Shown here piece after piece: positions 1-9,597 of a stretch of 64,000 bases of DNA. The translations under genes and the position numbers were made by a program. Source of the stretch: Bdellovibrionia bacterium (lineage in GTDB: Bacteria; Bdellovibrionota; UBA1018); NCBI GenBank assembly GCA_040399745.1, contig JBBARP010000009.1, positions 117,665-181,664 of the forward strand, written 5' to 3'. The first letter of the stretch is position 1, and each line of letters starts with the position of its first letter. The notes beneath the pieces are model-generated. The model saw only the letters and a list, made by a program, of their open reading frames with translations. It had not been told where the DNA came from and ran no database searches.

Positions 1-494
1 AGCAAGGTCGCAATCATCAGTCCGGTGTTTCCGAATTGCTCGGCGGGGCTGAATTGTCCGTCCTGGGTCATCACGATGGCTGCCATGACGGCTCCCGGAC
101 CTGCCAGAGAAGGAATGGCGAGCGGAAACACGGCGATGTCGTGCCCAGGTTCTTCGTGCAGATCATGCGACTCGGCTTCGGTTTCAAAAACCATCCTGAG
201 CCCAAGCAAAAACAAGATGACGGCGCCGGCTAACTGAAACGCAGGAACGGAAACGTGCAGCGCTGTGAGAAGAAGCTGCCCCACGGCCACGTAAGCCAAG
301 AGCACGAGTGACGCGATCAGGATGGCTTTGGAGGCCACTCTTTGGCGACGTTCGGTCGAGAGTCTGCGGGTCATTCCGATGAAAACCGGTAAGGTTCCAA
401 TCGGGTCGATGACCACAATCCAGAAAATGGCGCGTGAAATCCAATCTTGAAGTGTCACTGCCCGCTTACTCGTACTTCGGATGCGAAATGGCAT
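1..494 (-). CDS. MarC family (UPF0056) integral membrane protein, partial (C-terminus lies beyond the window start)
   Basis: I translated the minus strand by hand. From the ATG at 494 the frame stays open to position 1 and reads MPFRIRSTSKRAVTLQDWISRAIFWIVVIDPIGTLPVFIGM...AVFPLAIPSLAGPGAVMAAIVMTQDG. This matches the MarC pattern, for example E. coli [20 protein letters not shown]. It is absent from the ORF track because it has no in-window stop. Start codon choice is uncertain; the 494 start overlaps the thrS stop by about 28 nt. Confidence 0.55.
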   Translation of the reverse strand, partial: MPFRIRSTSKRAVTLQDWISRAIFWIVVIDPIGTLPVFIGMTRRLSTERRQRVASKAILIASLVLLAYVAVGQLLLTALHVSVPAFQLAGAVILFLLGLRMVFETEAESHDLHEEPGHDIAVFPLAIPSLAGPGAVMAAIVMTQDGQFSPAEQFGNTGLMIATL

Positions 495-2265
495 CCAGTT
501 CGTTGAAGATCTGGATGATTTCCTCGCGAGTCATGACCTTTGAGTCGCGCTCGCCATACTTCCGGACCGCAAACGAGCCGGCTTCCATTTCGCGGTCGCC
601 TGCGACCAGCGAAAACGGAACCTTCTGAATCTGTGCTTCGCGGGTTTTTAGGCCCATCGATTCATTTCTGTCGTCGATGTCCACGCGGTAGCCGCGCTTT
701 TTCAGGTCCATCATGAAGCTACGGCAGTAGTCGTTATGGCTGTCTTTGATCGGCACGACGCGAGCTTGAAGCGGAGCCACCCAGAACGGGAAGGCACCTG
801 CCGTGTGTTCAATCAAAATGCCCATGAAGCGCTCGATCGAGCCCAGCACTGCGCGGTGAACCATGACGGGACGCTGCCCCGAGTTGTCCGAGGCCGTGTA
901 CTCAAGCTCAAATCGCTCAGGCAGATTGAAGTCGAGCTGAATCGTTCCCAGTTGGTGTTCGCGCTTCAAAGCGTCGCGAATCAGGAAGTCGATTTTCGGG
1001 CCGTAAAAGGCGCCGTCGCCCGGGTTTACGCCGTAGGGACGTCCCAGTTTATCAAGTACGGCTTTCAGAGCCTCTTCTGCTTTGTCCCAAAGATCATCCG
1101 AGCCCACGCGCTTCTCGGGCCGGGTGGACAAGAAAATATTCGTGTCCGTGAAGCCGAACAAATCGTAGGTCTTCAGAATCATCGACACGACTTGCGTGAT
1201 TTCGTTCTCGATCTGCTCGGGCGTGCAGAAAATGTGTGCATCGTCCTGGCAGAAAGAGCGCACTCGGGTCAGGCCCGAGAGTGCGCCCGAAATTTCGTTT
1301 CGGTGCAAGCGCCCGAAGTCGGCCAAACGCAAAGGCAAGTCGCGGTACGAACGCTTGGTCGAAGCATACACAAAGGTCGAGGCCGGGCAGTTCATGGGCT
1401 TCACAGCGAATTCGCGCTCGTCGACTTCGGTGAAGAACATGTTCTCTTTGTAATTCTCGTAGTGGCCCGACTTCTTCCAAAGGATGGAATTGAAAATTTG
1501 CGGGGTGATAATTTCATCGTAAGCGTACGGGCCGTAAAGCTCGCGCACGTACTGGGTCAGTCGGTTGTAGACCACGGTTCCGCGGGGGTGGAAGAAAGGT
1601 GATCCCGGAGCTTCGGGGTGGAAGCTAAAGAGATCGAGCTCTTTGCCCAGCTTTCGGTGGTCGCGCTTTTTCGCTTCCTCGAGCAGGTGCAGGTGCTCTT
1701 CGAGTTCTTCTTTCCGTTGGAAGGCCACGGCGTAGATGCGCTGAAGCTGTGGGTTCTTTTCACTGCCACGCCAGTAAGCGCCGGCAACGCTCATCAGCTT
1801 GAAGTACTTCACTTCGTTGGCGGCTTTGACGTGCGGACCCCGGCAAAGGTCCAAGAAGTCGCCTTCTTCGTAACCGCTGACGGTGGTGGCGCCGCCCAAG
1901 TCGCGCAAGTTCTCGATGATCTCGATCTTAAAGCGCTGGCCCATCTTGTCGAAGATGCCGATGGCTTCTTGGATCGGCCATTCGTGGCGAACAAAGGGCT
2001 TTCCTTCTTTGATGACCTTTCGCATTTCGCTTTCGATCTTCGGAAGGTCTTCGGGCGTGAGCTTATGGCTCATGTCCACGTCGTAGTAGAAACCGTTGTC
2101 GATCGTGGGCCCGATCCCGAACTGGGCGTCCGGCCACAAACGTCGGATGGCGTGGGCCATGACGTGCGCTGCGGAGTGGCGCATGGTTTCCACGGGAGAG
2201 TGGATTTCGGGTTCTGCAAAATCGGCCAGTTTGGTTTTTTCTTGATCGACGGAAGATGCGCTCAT
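466..2265 (-). CDS. thrS: threonyl-tRNA synthetase, lacking the N-terminal TGS domain
   Basis: The 628-aa ORF 466..2352 contains the HxxxH editing motif (RHSAAHVMAHAIRRLWP), the class II aaRS core and the anticodon-binding domain. The likely start is MSASS at 2265. The extra 29 upstream residues are not TGS-like. Confidence 0.9.
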   Translation of the reverse strand: MSASSVDQEKTKLADFAEPEIHSPVETMRHSAAHVMAHAIRRLWPDAQFGIGPTIDNGFYYDVDMSHKLTPEDLPKIESEMRKVIKEGKPFVRHEWPIQEAIGIFDKMGQRFKIEIIENLRDLGGATTVSGYEEGDFLDLCRGPHVKAANEVKYFKLMSVAGAYWRGSEKNPQLQRIYAVAFQRKEELEEHLHLLEEAKKRDHRKLGKELDLFSFHPEAPGSPFFHPRGTVVYNRLTQYVRELYGPYAYDEIITPQIFNSILWKKSGHYENYKENMFFTEVDEREFAVKPMNCPASTFVYASTKRSYRDLPLRLADFGRLHRNEISGALSGLTRVRSFCQDDAHIFCTPEQIENEITQVVSMILKTYDLFGFTDTNIFLSTRPEKRVGSDDLWDKAEEALKAVLDKLGRPYGVNPGDGAFYGPKIDFLIRDALKREHQLGTIQLDFNLPERFELEYTASDNSGQRPVMVHRAVLGSIERFMGILIEHTAGAFPFWVAPLQARVVPIKDSHNDYCRSFMMDLKKRGYRVDIDDRNESMGLKTREAQIQKVPFSLVAGDREMEAGSFAVRKYGERDSKVMTREEIIQIFNELDAISHPKYE

Positions 2266-2350
2266 ACGGCCGAGAAAGCTAACACGGAAGGCGAGCGGGA
2301 ACCAAGCCATCTTGCCGCGGGTCGACCAATCCAGTACCTTGCCAGGCATC

Positions 2351-3403
2351 ATGCGAAAACGGCTTCTGATCCTCTATACGGGCGGCACCTTCGGGATGCA
2401 GCCTTCGCCGAAGAATCCCCAGGCTCCGCTCGATCTGCCGGATTTGAGCCCTGACTCCCTGAAACGCCGCATTTTGGCCCGAGTTCCGGAAATTGAGGAG
2501 CTGGCAAGGTGTGAAGTGGAAGTCGCATTCAACCGCGACAGCGCCCATTTGGGCCCTGAGGACTGGGTCGAGATGGCCCGAAGGATTCAAGCCCGAGCGA
2601 AGACTCATGACGGGGTCGTGGTTCTTCACGGAACCGACACGCTTTCCTATACGGCTTCGGCGCTTTCTTTCTTGCTGCGCCCTTGCCCCATTCCCGTGGT
2701 TTTGACCGGAGCTCAGCGGCCTTTGGCGGGGATTCGTTCGGATGCCCGGCGAAACCTGATTTCAGCCGTTGAAATCGCAGCTCACGGACCGCGCCCTTTA
2801 GTGAACCAGGTTTCAGTGTTTTTTAACGATCACCTGTACCAGGGTAACCGCACCCGCAAGCGAAGTGCTTCTGACTTCCATGCCTTTGAGAGCCCGAAGC
2901 TTCCGCCGCTCGGGGTAGTGGGAACTTCCATTCGGTATTTAGAAGCCGGCAAACGCCCCAAGCTGAGCCGAGTGGCGCTGAAACCTAAGTTTTCGAGACG
3001 GGTGGCCACGCTTCATGTCACCCCAGGGTTTCCGGCCGGAGTCCTTGCCGAACGTCTTTTGCCTGGGATCGAAGGCTTGGTTTTGGTTATTTTCCCGTCC
3101 GGCACGGCGCCCACGAACGACCCCGATCTGAAGCGTTTGCTCCGCGAAGCCAAGAGCCGCGATGTGCCGGTCGTTGCGGTGACCGAAGGGTCGTCTGAGC
3201 CGCCCAATGGCGCTTTGAAGGAAATGCCTCGCTACAGCGCGGGTCAGCTTCTTCGCGACGAAGGCGTTCATTTTGCGGGCGATATGACCGTGGAATGTGC
3301 TTCCATTAAGACGTCGCTGATTCTGGGGCAGCCCGATGGGGCGCTTCGATTCTCGAAGTACTGGAAAGAGAATTTAGCTTGGGAAGGGAGCTCCCTGAAA
3401 TGA
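2351..3403 (+). CDS. ansA: L-asparaginase, type I (cytoplasmic)
   Basis: N-terminal LILYTGGTFGM (the asparaginase threonine motif) and a conserved HGTDTL block. Start taken at MRKRLLILY inside ORF 2312..3403. Confidence 0.85.
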   Translation: MRKRLLILYTGGTFGMQPSPKNPQAPLDLPDLSPDSLKRRILARVPEIEELARCEVEVAFNRDSAHLGPEDWVEMARRIQARAKTHDGVVVLHGTDTLSYTASALSFLLRPCPIPVVLTGAQRPLAGIRSDARRNLISAVEIAAHGPRPLVNQVSVFFNDHLYQGNRTRKRSASDFHAFESPKLPPLGVVGTSIRYLEAGKRPKLSRVALKPKFSRRVATLHVTPGFPAGVLAERLLPGIEGLVLVIFPSGTAPTNDPDLKRLLREAKSRDVPVVAVTEGSSEPPNGALKEMPRYSAGQLLRDEGVHFAGDMTVECASIKTSLILGQPDGALRFSKYWKENLAWEGSSLK

Positions 3404-4083
3404 GCAAGGAAAAGTCAGTGCTCACGATCGACACCATCCTTTTTGATCTGGACGGAACGCTCATTGATACCGAGCCAGCCGCTGCACGAGCCGTTGAAAA
3501 GTGCTTCGGCAAATTCGGAATGCAAGTGACCCATGAAGACGCCTGCTATGTCACGGGTCGTACCTGGGAGATGGCGTTTCAGTACTTGCTCGAGAAGTAT
3601 CAACCGAAGCATTCGCCCGAAGAAATCGCAAAGACCGTGATCGAGCAGTACCGCCAGGAGCTCAAGCAGGGCGTCGACGCGGTGCCGGGCTCGGCCGATT
3701 GCGTGCGGGCTTTGGCAGAAAGTGGCCTGAAAATGGGCCTCGTTTCAGGCTCCTTCAGAAGCGAAATTTTCTGGGCACTGGAACAGCTGGGAATTCGGCA
3801 GCACTTTGAAGTGGTTCTCGGAGCGGAAGACTATCCGCGCAGCAAGCCTGCGCCCGACGGTTACGCAAAAGCATTGGGGCTTCTCACTTCCGATGCTTCG
3901 CGCACTTTGGTTTTCGAGGACTCACACCCGGGCATTGCTTCAGGGCGAGCCGTGGGAGCTTGGGTTGCGGCCGTCACTGGCCAAAACGCCATGAAGCAGG
4001 ACACCTCTGCCGCTCACTGGCATTTGAAAGACCTCACGCAAGTGAATGCTACTTGGGTGCGCTCTTTGCGCCAGCCCGAGTAG
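3400..4083 (+). CDS. HAD-IA family hydrolase (phosphatase or beta-phosphoglucomutase-like)
   Basis: Has the LFDLDGTLIDTE motif I, a later LVSGS motif, and a C-terminal FEDS..G motif. Start at MSKEKS overlaps the ansA stop by 4 nt. Confidence 0.7.
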   Translation: MSKEKSVLTIDTILFDLDGTLIDTEPAAARAVEKCFGKFGMQVTHEDACYVTGRTWEMAFQYLLEKYQPKHSPEEIAKTVIEQYRQELKQGVDAVPGSADCVRALAESGLKMGLVSGSFRSEIFWALEQLGIRQHFEVVLGAEDYPRSKPAPDGYAKALGLLTSDASRTLVFEDSHPGIASGRAVGAWVAAVTGQNAMKQDTSAAHWHLKDLTQVNATWVRSLRQPE

Positions 4084-5065
4084 AACCCAGTTGAGTGGGG
4101 GCGGGGAGAAGCCAAAGCTTCATCGCTTCGACGGGAACAGTGAAAGCCCCGTCTGAGCGCGTGGAGATTCTGGCCCAGATTTTTCCGTCCCAGCTCCCGA
4201 CTTGGAATTCAGTCGCGTGCCCTTCGCGGTCTAAAAACCGAGCGCGGTATTCAGCACTTTTTTCGAGGCGTTCGCGAATTTTCTTCGCCTCATCCGGGGA
4301 GTCCGCAAAACTTTCTGCACGAAGAAAGGTCAGTTGCTCAAGCGTTCGCCCAGCTTCCGCCGAATAAAGGCGCCCCGAGCGAGGCTCTTTCCAATCGTCG
4401 CCTGCGCGTTCTGCTTGCCACTTTCGTTTTCCACCCTGCCAAAGCTCAAAGTGGTCGACGTCATCCGGATCGAAAGTGGCGATCCGCCTGCGCCGAAGAA
4501 CCGAGAAGTCGCGTACCATTCCCAGCATCTGCAGGGCGGATCCGCGAATCACGGCAGGGTGGCTCAGCTTTCCGCCCACCAGCGCCTGGGCGAACACGCC
4601 TTGTCCGTCGGGTGCGGTGTCGCCGATGCGAAGTTCCTGCTCACCTTGCACTGCGCCCTCTGAACGCCATCGCAAAGTGAAGAGCGGGGTTTCCAGGCCA
4701 AAGTTCGAAAGCGGGCCGTTTGGGGCTTGCTCAACCACCATCAACTGCGAAACCAGATCCATCAGGTGGTTGATGAAAGTGGAATCAGCCAAGCGATCGG
4801 GAAGGTCTGCACCCTGCGGAGCCGAAGCCACCTGCCAATCACCTTGCCGGGGGGATCGCACCAGCCTGGCCGTCCAAGTGTCGTTTGTGCGCGCATCATT
4901 CTTAGCCAAGCTCAGTTCCGTGACCGCCTCGGGGGCAAACCCGGCAGGGGGGAGCTTCAACGCCAGCTGCGGCGCCTCAGTGGAAGCCTCCCTGCGGGAG
5001 CAGCCCGTCGAGAATCCCAGACCCAGGAAAACCAGAAAGAAGACGCTCCAGTGACGCAGGCTCAT
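4049..5065 (-). CDS. hypothetical lipoprotein
   Basis: Internal start MSLRHWSVFFLVFLGLGFSTGC gives a signal peptide plus lipobox (FSTGC). No recognisable catalytic motif. It is divergent from exbB. Confidence 0.5.
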   Translation of the reverse strand: MSLRHWSVFFLVFLGLGFSTGCSRREASTEAPQLALKLPPAGFAPEAVTELSLAKNDARTNDTWTARLVRSPRQGDWQVASAPQGADLPDRLADSTFINHLMDLVSQLMVVEQAPNGPLSNFGLETPLFTLRWRSEGAVQGEQELRIGDTAPDGQGVFAQALVGGKLSHPAVIRGSALQMLGMVRDFSVLRRRRIATFDPDDVDHFELWQGGKRKWQAERAGDDWKEPRSGRLYSAEAGRTLEQLTFLRAESFADSPDEAKKIRERLEKSAEYRARFLDREGHATEFQVGSWDGKIWARISTRSDGAFTVPVEAMKLWLLPAPTQLGSTRAGAKSAPK

Positions 5066-5087
5066 GGCGTTGACATCGTAGGCGGCG

Positions 5088-5768
5088 GTGGCTAGTTTGC
5101 AAGCACTTATGGGCGCCACCTGGGATCTGATCAAGAGCGGCGGTTTCATCATGGTTCTGCTGCTGGTGTGCTCGCTCGTAGTCTGGGCGGTCATCTTCGA
5201 GCGGTGGTCGTGTTATCGGAAGCTGGGTCAGGAACTGGGCGAATTTCAGCTTCAGGCGGTTCAAGCACTTTTGCGCCGCGATCGGCCAGGGCTTCGGACG
5301 CTTTGTCAGAAGCGCGACTCGCTGCCTTCCGCGCGCTTGGTTTTGGCGGCGCTTGAGCGGCTCGATAGCGAAGACGTGCGAATTCGCGCGCGCTGGGCCG
5401 AGGCAGTCGAGCGCCGCAGGCTTTTAGAGAATCAGGCGCTTCGCTCGAACCTTTGGGTTTTGGGAACGATTGCAACCGCATCGCCTTTTGTGGGGCTTTT
5501 TGGAACGGTGATTGGGATTTTGCGCTCCTTTGGCGACATTTCAAGAAGTGGCGCAGGGGGCTTTGCAGTCGTCGCCGGAGGTATTTCTGAGGCTTTGGTC
5601 GCCACCGCTGCAGGCATCGGCGTGGCTGTGGTCGCAGTCGTTGCTTACAACGCTTTTCAGACGCGTTGGAGTGCGCTGGTTCTGACGCTCAAGCTTCAAG
5701 CCGAAGAATTGGCCGAGTACTTGGGCGATTGGGAAACCTCGAATCGGGAGTCGGGCAGTGGGGCTTAA
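5088..5768 (+). CDS. MotA/TolQ/ExbB proton-channel family protein
   Basis: Three TM segments and the conserved C-terminal block GLFGTVIGILRSFG..ISEALVATAAGIGVAV typical of ExbB/TolQ. Confidence 0.8.
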   Translation: MASLQALMGATWDLIKSGGFIMVLLLVCSLVVWAVIFERWSCYRKLGQELGEFQLQAVQALLRRDRPGLRTLCQKRDSLPSARLVLAALERLDSEDVRIRARWAEAVERRRLLENQALRSNLWVLGTIATASPFVGLFGTVIGILRSFGDISRSGAGGFAVVAGGISEALVATAAGIGVAVVAVVAYNAFQTRWSALVLTLKLQAEELAEYLGDWETSNRESGSGA

Positions 5769-6204
5769 GCCGACCGGGGTCGGCCACTCAGCGGACTCGG
5801 AATCGGGCGGCGACATCGTCGCTGAGATCAACATCACTCCGCTGGTGGACGTGATGCTGGTGCTTTTGATTATTTTCATGGTCACGAGTTCCGTCATGTC
5901 GCAGATGGGGATGGAAGTGAGCCTCCCGAAAGCCAGTTCAGGAAGCTCAGGCGCGCAGCCTGAAGGCGTCATCGTGACGCTCTTGCCTGGGGGCTCTGTG
6001 AAAGTGAATGGAACGGCAGTCTCAGGAATGGCCGAATTGGAAAGCAAAGTTAGGGAAGCCATTCCGCAAGCGCGTTCGCCGCTCGTCGTTTTAGAAGGCG
6101 ATCAAAAAGCCTTCTTAGGAAACGCCATTGAAGTCATGGATGCGGCTCGCCGCGCGGGGGCTCAGAAATTTGCGATCGCGACGGCGTCGAGCGATTCGCG
6201 TTAG
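5758..6204 (+). CDS. ExbD/TolR biopolymer transport protein
   Basis: INITPLVDVMLVLLIIFMV TM motif with a periplasmic domain. It overlaps the exbB stop. Confidence 0.8.
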   Translation: MGLKPTGVGHSADSESGGDIVAEINITPLVDVMLVLLIIFMVTSSVMSQMGMEVSLPKASSGSSGAQPEGVIVTLLPGGSVKVNGTAVSGMAELESKVREAIPQARSPLVVLEGDQKAFLGNAIEVMDAARRAGAQKFAIATASSDSR

Positions 6205-6934
6205 ACCATCCTTGAGTGCGGCTCTGTTGGTTTCGAACGGCGCCGGGTGGCGTGGTCTCGGGAAATGCGGTCAGGATGTTGTAGCTGATCCGCCCGTTCG
6301 GTCCTTCATAGCGATTCAGAATGACCTGAACGCGCGTGACGTTCGGGACTTTTTTGATAAAAATTCCCTGATCCGTTTCGATTTTTTTGAAGCCCACACC
6401 GATGGGCTCGCCCACATCGAAACTCACTAGAAGGCGCATGTTTCTGGGTTTTCCAGGCACGTGCGGATAGGGCGTGATGAAAACACGCCCAGGAGTCGTC
6501 GGCGTTTGCGTGAATGCTTTTTCGATCGCTGCTGGCAGAGCGCTCAGAGCTTTTCTTGCCGCCGCTTCGTCGGTGAAGCGAGAGATCTGTTTCGTTTTTT
6601 GACTGGTTCTGAGCCTAGCCTGAAGTTCTTCTGCGGGCATTTCAACGTGTCGCTGAAAAGCTGTTTTTCCTTGGAAGTCGGCGTCCCATTTCAGAATTTC
6701 TGAAAGGGGGCGCTGATCGAGAGTCGAAAACAAAAGGCGAATCCCGGGTTCGGGAGTTAACCCGCGGCGCGCGTTGATTTTGTCGCGCCACTGCGGTTGG
6801 AGAAAATCGGCCGTTTTTTCGAGAAAGTCGAAGTAGTCGCACTCGGCCTGAGCCGGTAGCGAGTGACTCAGAACCAGCGCCAAGGCGGCTACGGCAAGGC
6901 CTTGAAACGAGCGGCGATCAACAAGCAAACTCAT
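6134..6934 (-). CDS. secreted hypothetical protein, paralog A (downstream copy)
   Basis: Signal peptide ending in AQA followed by EC. It aligns along its full length to the next gene (see findings). No known motif recognised. Confidence 0.5.
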   Translation of the reverse strand: MSLLVDRRSFQGLAVAALALVLSHSLPAQAECDYFDFLEKTADFLQPQWRDKINARRGLTPEPGIRLLFSTLDQRPLSEILKWDADFQGKTAFQRHVEMPAEELQARLRTSQKTKQISRFTDEAAARKALSALPAAIEKAFTQTPTTPGRVFITPYPHVPGKPRNMRLLVSFDVGEPIGVGFKKIETDQGIFIKKVPNVTRVQVILNRYEGPNGRISYNILTAFPETTPPGAVRNQQSRTQGWSNANRSTPSRSQISEPPRGEPHP

Positions 6935-7614
6935 GGAGTCACCCGGGTTTCTGGGTAGGCGGTGTAGACCGAATAGGTGAGGTCGCCATCTTTTTTATGG
7001 TGGCGGGTCAGGATCACGGTCACTCGGTTGATGTCCGAGATTTCTTCCACTTTGCCTTTGCGAAGCCGCCTGAGCCCCGTTCCCACGGGGTAGTCTAGTT
7101 CGTAGGTCAGTCGCAAACGGTCAGACTGCGGATTGTCGGGAAAGAAGATGTGCTTGGCTAGGACGGGGCTTACTTCGCCTTCCACGCCCCCGAAGAGGCG
7201 GTCGATTTGTTTGGGGAGCTCGAGTAGCGCCCGCCGAGCGGTTTCTTCGCTTTTGAAGCGGCTGGCGCCTTCTAGACCTGGGTTTTTTTGCATTCGCTCG
7301 AAGAGGTCATCCCGGGTGGAAAGAATGTGCTTATCGTAAGCGTTTAGGCCCGTCTTTCGGTCCCGGTCCATCGAAAGGACTTGGCCCAAAGGCCGCTTTT
7401 CGATGTTTTTGAGCAGCCGTAGAAACCCCGAATCATGTTGAAGCGAAGCTTGGGCGGAAATTTGATCTTCCCAGCTGGGAGAAAAGAATTCGGCCACGTC
7501 GCGCAGCAGGCGTGGGTCAGGGCAAGCCCCCGATGCGCTGACCGACGACAAGGCGGTCGAAGCTAGGGAAAGGGACAGACGAAGGCCAATGAGGATCCAG
7601 CGCGAGCGACGCAT
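6931..7614 (-). CDS. secreted hypothetical protein, paralog B (upstream copy)
   Basis: Signal peptide (possible lipobox SASGAC). Its stop overlaps the start of paralog A (ATGA). It shares the FxPxWxDxI, KRPL and RVxVIL..TA(F/Y)PET blocks with 6134..6934. Confidence 0.5.
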   Translation of the reverse strand: MRRSRWILIGLRLSLSLASTALSSVSASGACPDPRLLRDVAEFFSPSWEDQISAQASLQHDSGFLRLLKNIEKRPLGQVLSMDRDRKTGLNAYDKHILSTRDDLFERMQKNPGLEGASRFKSEETARRALLELPKQIDRLFGGVEGEVSPVLAKHIFFPDNPQSDRLRLTYELDYPVGTGLRRLRKGKVEEISDINRVTVILTRHHKKDGDLTYSVYTAYPETRVTP

Positions 7615-7722
7615 TCCTCTGAGTGTCCCAGACAGGTGGGGGGGCTGTCAGGGCGCGGTAGATTGTGCCGCTTCAGCGGGCTAAAGAAATTTCGATCAGG
7701 AGCGCTTCAGTGGGCCTTGACC

Positions 7723-8328
7723 TCACTGAAGGGTCGGCGCGCCCAGGTGCTGCCAGGCCCAAGCCGCGCAGCAAACAAACGCCATCAGCGCCAGGAAAGT
7801 GAGGTGTGGCTCCCAAGCCTTATTCTGCTTGGAAAGAGCCAGTGGCCAATCGTAGCGGTGATGGTTGGGCTCAGGATTGACCTGCGCTAGCAGCGTCGAG
7901 TTGGCGGGCCAAAGCCTGGGGAAGAACCGAGGCACCAGGCTGCAGTACGTTTCGTACGGGGAGCCGAAGATGCGCTGAAGCTTCGTTTCTTCATCTAAAA
8001 TAATGTAGTGGTACAGCGTAGCGAACAGCACGGTGATCGTGCCGGCCAGCCACCAGTTTTCGATGGCAACCGCCGTCCCGATGGCCATGAGCCAGGTACC
8101 CAAGTAGAGCGGGTTTCGCACATAAGCGTAGGGGCCGCCTACGGCAGGACGGTTGTCCTTCCTGAGGTAGCCAGACGCCCAGAAGCGCAAAGTCGCGCCG
8201 GCAAAGCAAATCAGAATGCCGGGGAGGCTCGGGTATTCGCGCGCCGAAAACACCAGCAGAGCCGCGAAAATCCATGCCGTCACGATACGGGTCTTGCCTT
8301 GGATAAAGCCACGGAACCAGTTGTACAT
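7723..8328 (-). CDS. isoprenylcysteine carboxyl methyltransferase (ICMT/PEMT)-like membrane methyltransferase
   Basis: Multi-TM protein with a RNPLYLG motif and C-terminal EE..L..FG..Y..Y block characteristic of the ICMT / phospholipid methyltransferase family. Confidence 0.6.
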   Translation of the reverse strand: MYNWFRGFIQGKTRIVTAWIFAALLVFSAREYPSLPGILICFAGATLRFWASGYLRKDNRPAVGGPYAYVRNPLYLGTWLMAIGTAVAIENWWLAGTITVLFATLYHYIILDEETKLQRIFGSPYETYCSLVPRFFPRLWPANSTLLAQVNPEPNHHRYDWPLALSKQNKAWEPHLTFLALMAFVCCAAWAWQHLGAPTLQ

Positions 8329-8541
8329 GTTCCTTCGGTGTAGCCGCGTCCTTTACCGAGTGCAAGCGCTTGTGTTTGAACGGCAATGGCTTGTGAAAAC
8401 TGGAGTAATCCGATAGGGTCCGGGCCGTCGCCATTTTTGGAGGTTTCCTTGAAACGTACTGCCTCGAAAAGCGAGCAGGGGAAGAACGGAAAGGCACGTC
8501 CTTTCTTGTCATCCCAGGCTCAAAAGCTTCAGACAAAACCG

Positions 8542-9597
8542 ATGACGAACCCAACGATGAAAACAAAAACCACTACGTCCAGTTCCTCCGCAGCAGCGGG
8601 AACGGCGGCCGGCAAGTTCCGGCTCCCGAAAGAGCAGCTTCTGAAGATGCACGATCTGATGATCCGTTCGCGCATCATGGAAGAGCGTCTCATCCGCATG
8701 TACAAGCAATCTCAAGGCTACTTCTGGCTCGGCGGTCCGGGCGAAGAAGCTTTCCAAATTCCGCTCGGCCTGCAGATCCACAAGGGTCAGGGCTTGGATC
8801 ACGACTTCATGCACTTTCACTACCGCCAAGGGCCGACCATGTTGTGCCTCGGGCTGGACCCGAAAGATGCCATGCGCCAGATGGCGAACACCGCAACCGA
8901 CCCGTTCTCGGGCGGCCGGAACTTCGCTTCGCACTACTCGCGCCGCGAGTGGAACGTGGTGCCGGTCACTTCGACCATTGAAACCCAGTACCTGACGGCG
9001 ATCGGCTCGGGCATTGCTCACGCACGCCACGGCGGTAAAGGAATCACCATCGTCACCGGCGGCGACGCTGGAACGGCCGAAGGCGATTTCGCATCGTGCT
9101 TGGTTTGGGCTTCGCGTCCCATGCTCCCGCTTCCGATGCTCATCATCGTGACGAACAACAAGTTCGGCATCTCGACCCCGTACGACGGTCAACACGGTGA
9201 AAAGAACGTCTCGGACCGCGGAAAGGCCTTTGGCATCCGCACGGCGTTGATCAACGGCAACGACATCGAGGAATCGTGGTTCGCTATCCAAGAAGCCATG
9301 AATTACGTGCGTAACGAGCGGAAGCCTTTCTTGCTCGAAGCCCGCGTGTCGCGGCTTTACGGTCACAGCTCGGCTACGGGCGCGAACTTGGTGCAAGGCG
9401 AAGAAGATTGCCTGTCAACCTTCGAAGCCAAGCTCGAAAAAGCCGGTTACCTTTCCCGCAAGGAAATGGAACAGCTTCGCGAGCAGTACAACGCCGAGAT
9501 GCTCGAAATGTCCAAGCAGGTTCGTGAAGAACCCATGCCGGATCCTTCGACGATTTACGATCACACCTTCGCCGGTCAGAAAGGGCGGTACTGGTAA
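8542..9597 (+). CDS. 2-oxoacid (pyruvate or branched-chain) dehydrogenase E1 component, alpha subunit (TPP-dependent)
   Basis: Has the TPP-binding GDAGTAEGDF (GDG-like) motif and is arranged as an alpha/beta pair. ORF begins at 8386 but the upstream 52 codons are low complexity, so start chosen at MTNPTM (8542). Confidence 0.85.
   Translation: MTNPTMKTKTTTSSSSAAAGTAAGKFRLPKEQLLKMHDLMIRSRIMEERLIRMYKQSQGYFWLGGPGEEAFQIPLGLQIHKGQGLDHDFMHFHYRQGPTMLCLGLDPKDAMRQMANTATDPFSGGRNFASHYSRREWNVVPVTSTIETQYLTAIGSGIAHARHGGKGITIVTGGDAGTAEGDFASCLVWASRPMLPLPMLIIVTNNKFGISTPYDGQHGEKNVSDRGKAFGIRTALINGNDIEESWFAIQEAMNYVRNERKPFLLEARVSRLYGHSSATGANLVQGEEDCLSTFEAKLEKAGYLSRKEMEQLREQYNAEMLEMSKQVREEPMPDPSTIYDHTFAGQKGRYW

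Noticed and set aside
736-1602. 288-aa plus-strand ORF antisense to thrS
   Set aside because: It lies entirely inside a confidently assigned thrS. Its composition is Arg/Gly/Val-rich, typical of antisense frames in GC-rich DNA.
6134-7614. Assignment of the paralog pair to the barnase / RNase Sa (microbial RNase) family
   Set aside because: Only a loose resemblance in the last beta-strand region (R-V-x-V-I-L ... Y-T). The catalytic His and the N-R-E motif are absent, so it is too weak to call.
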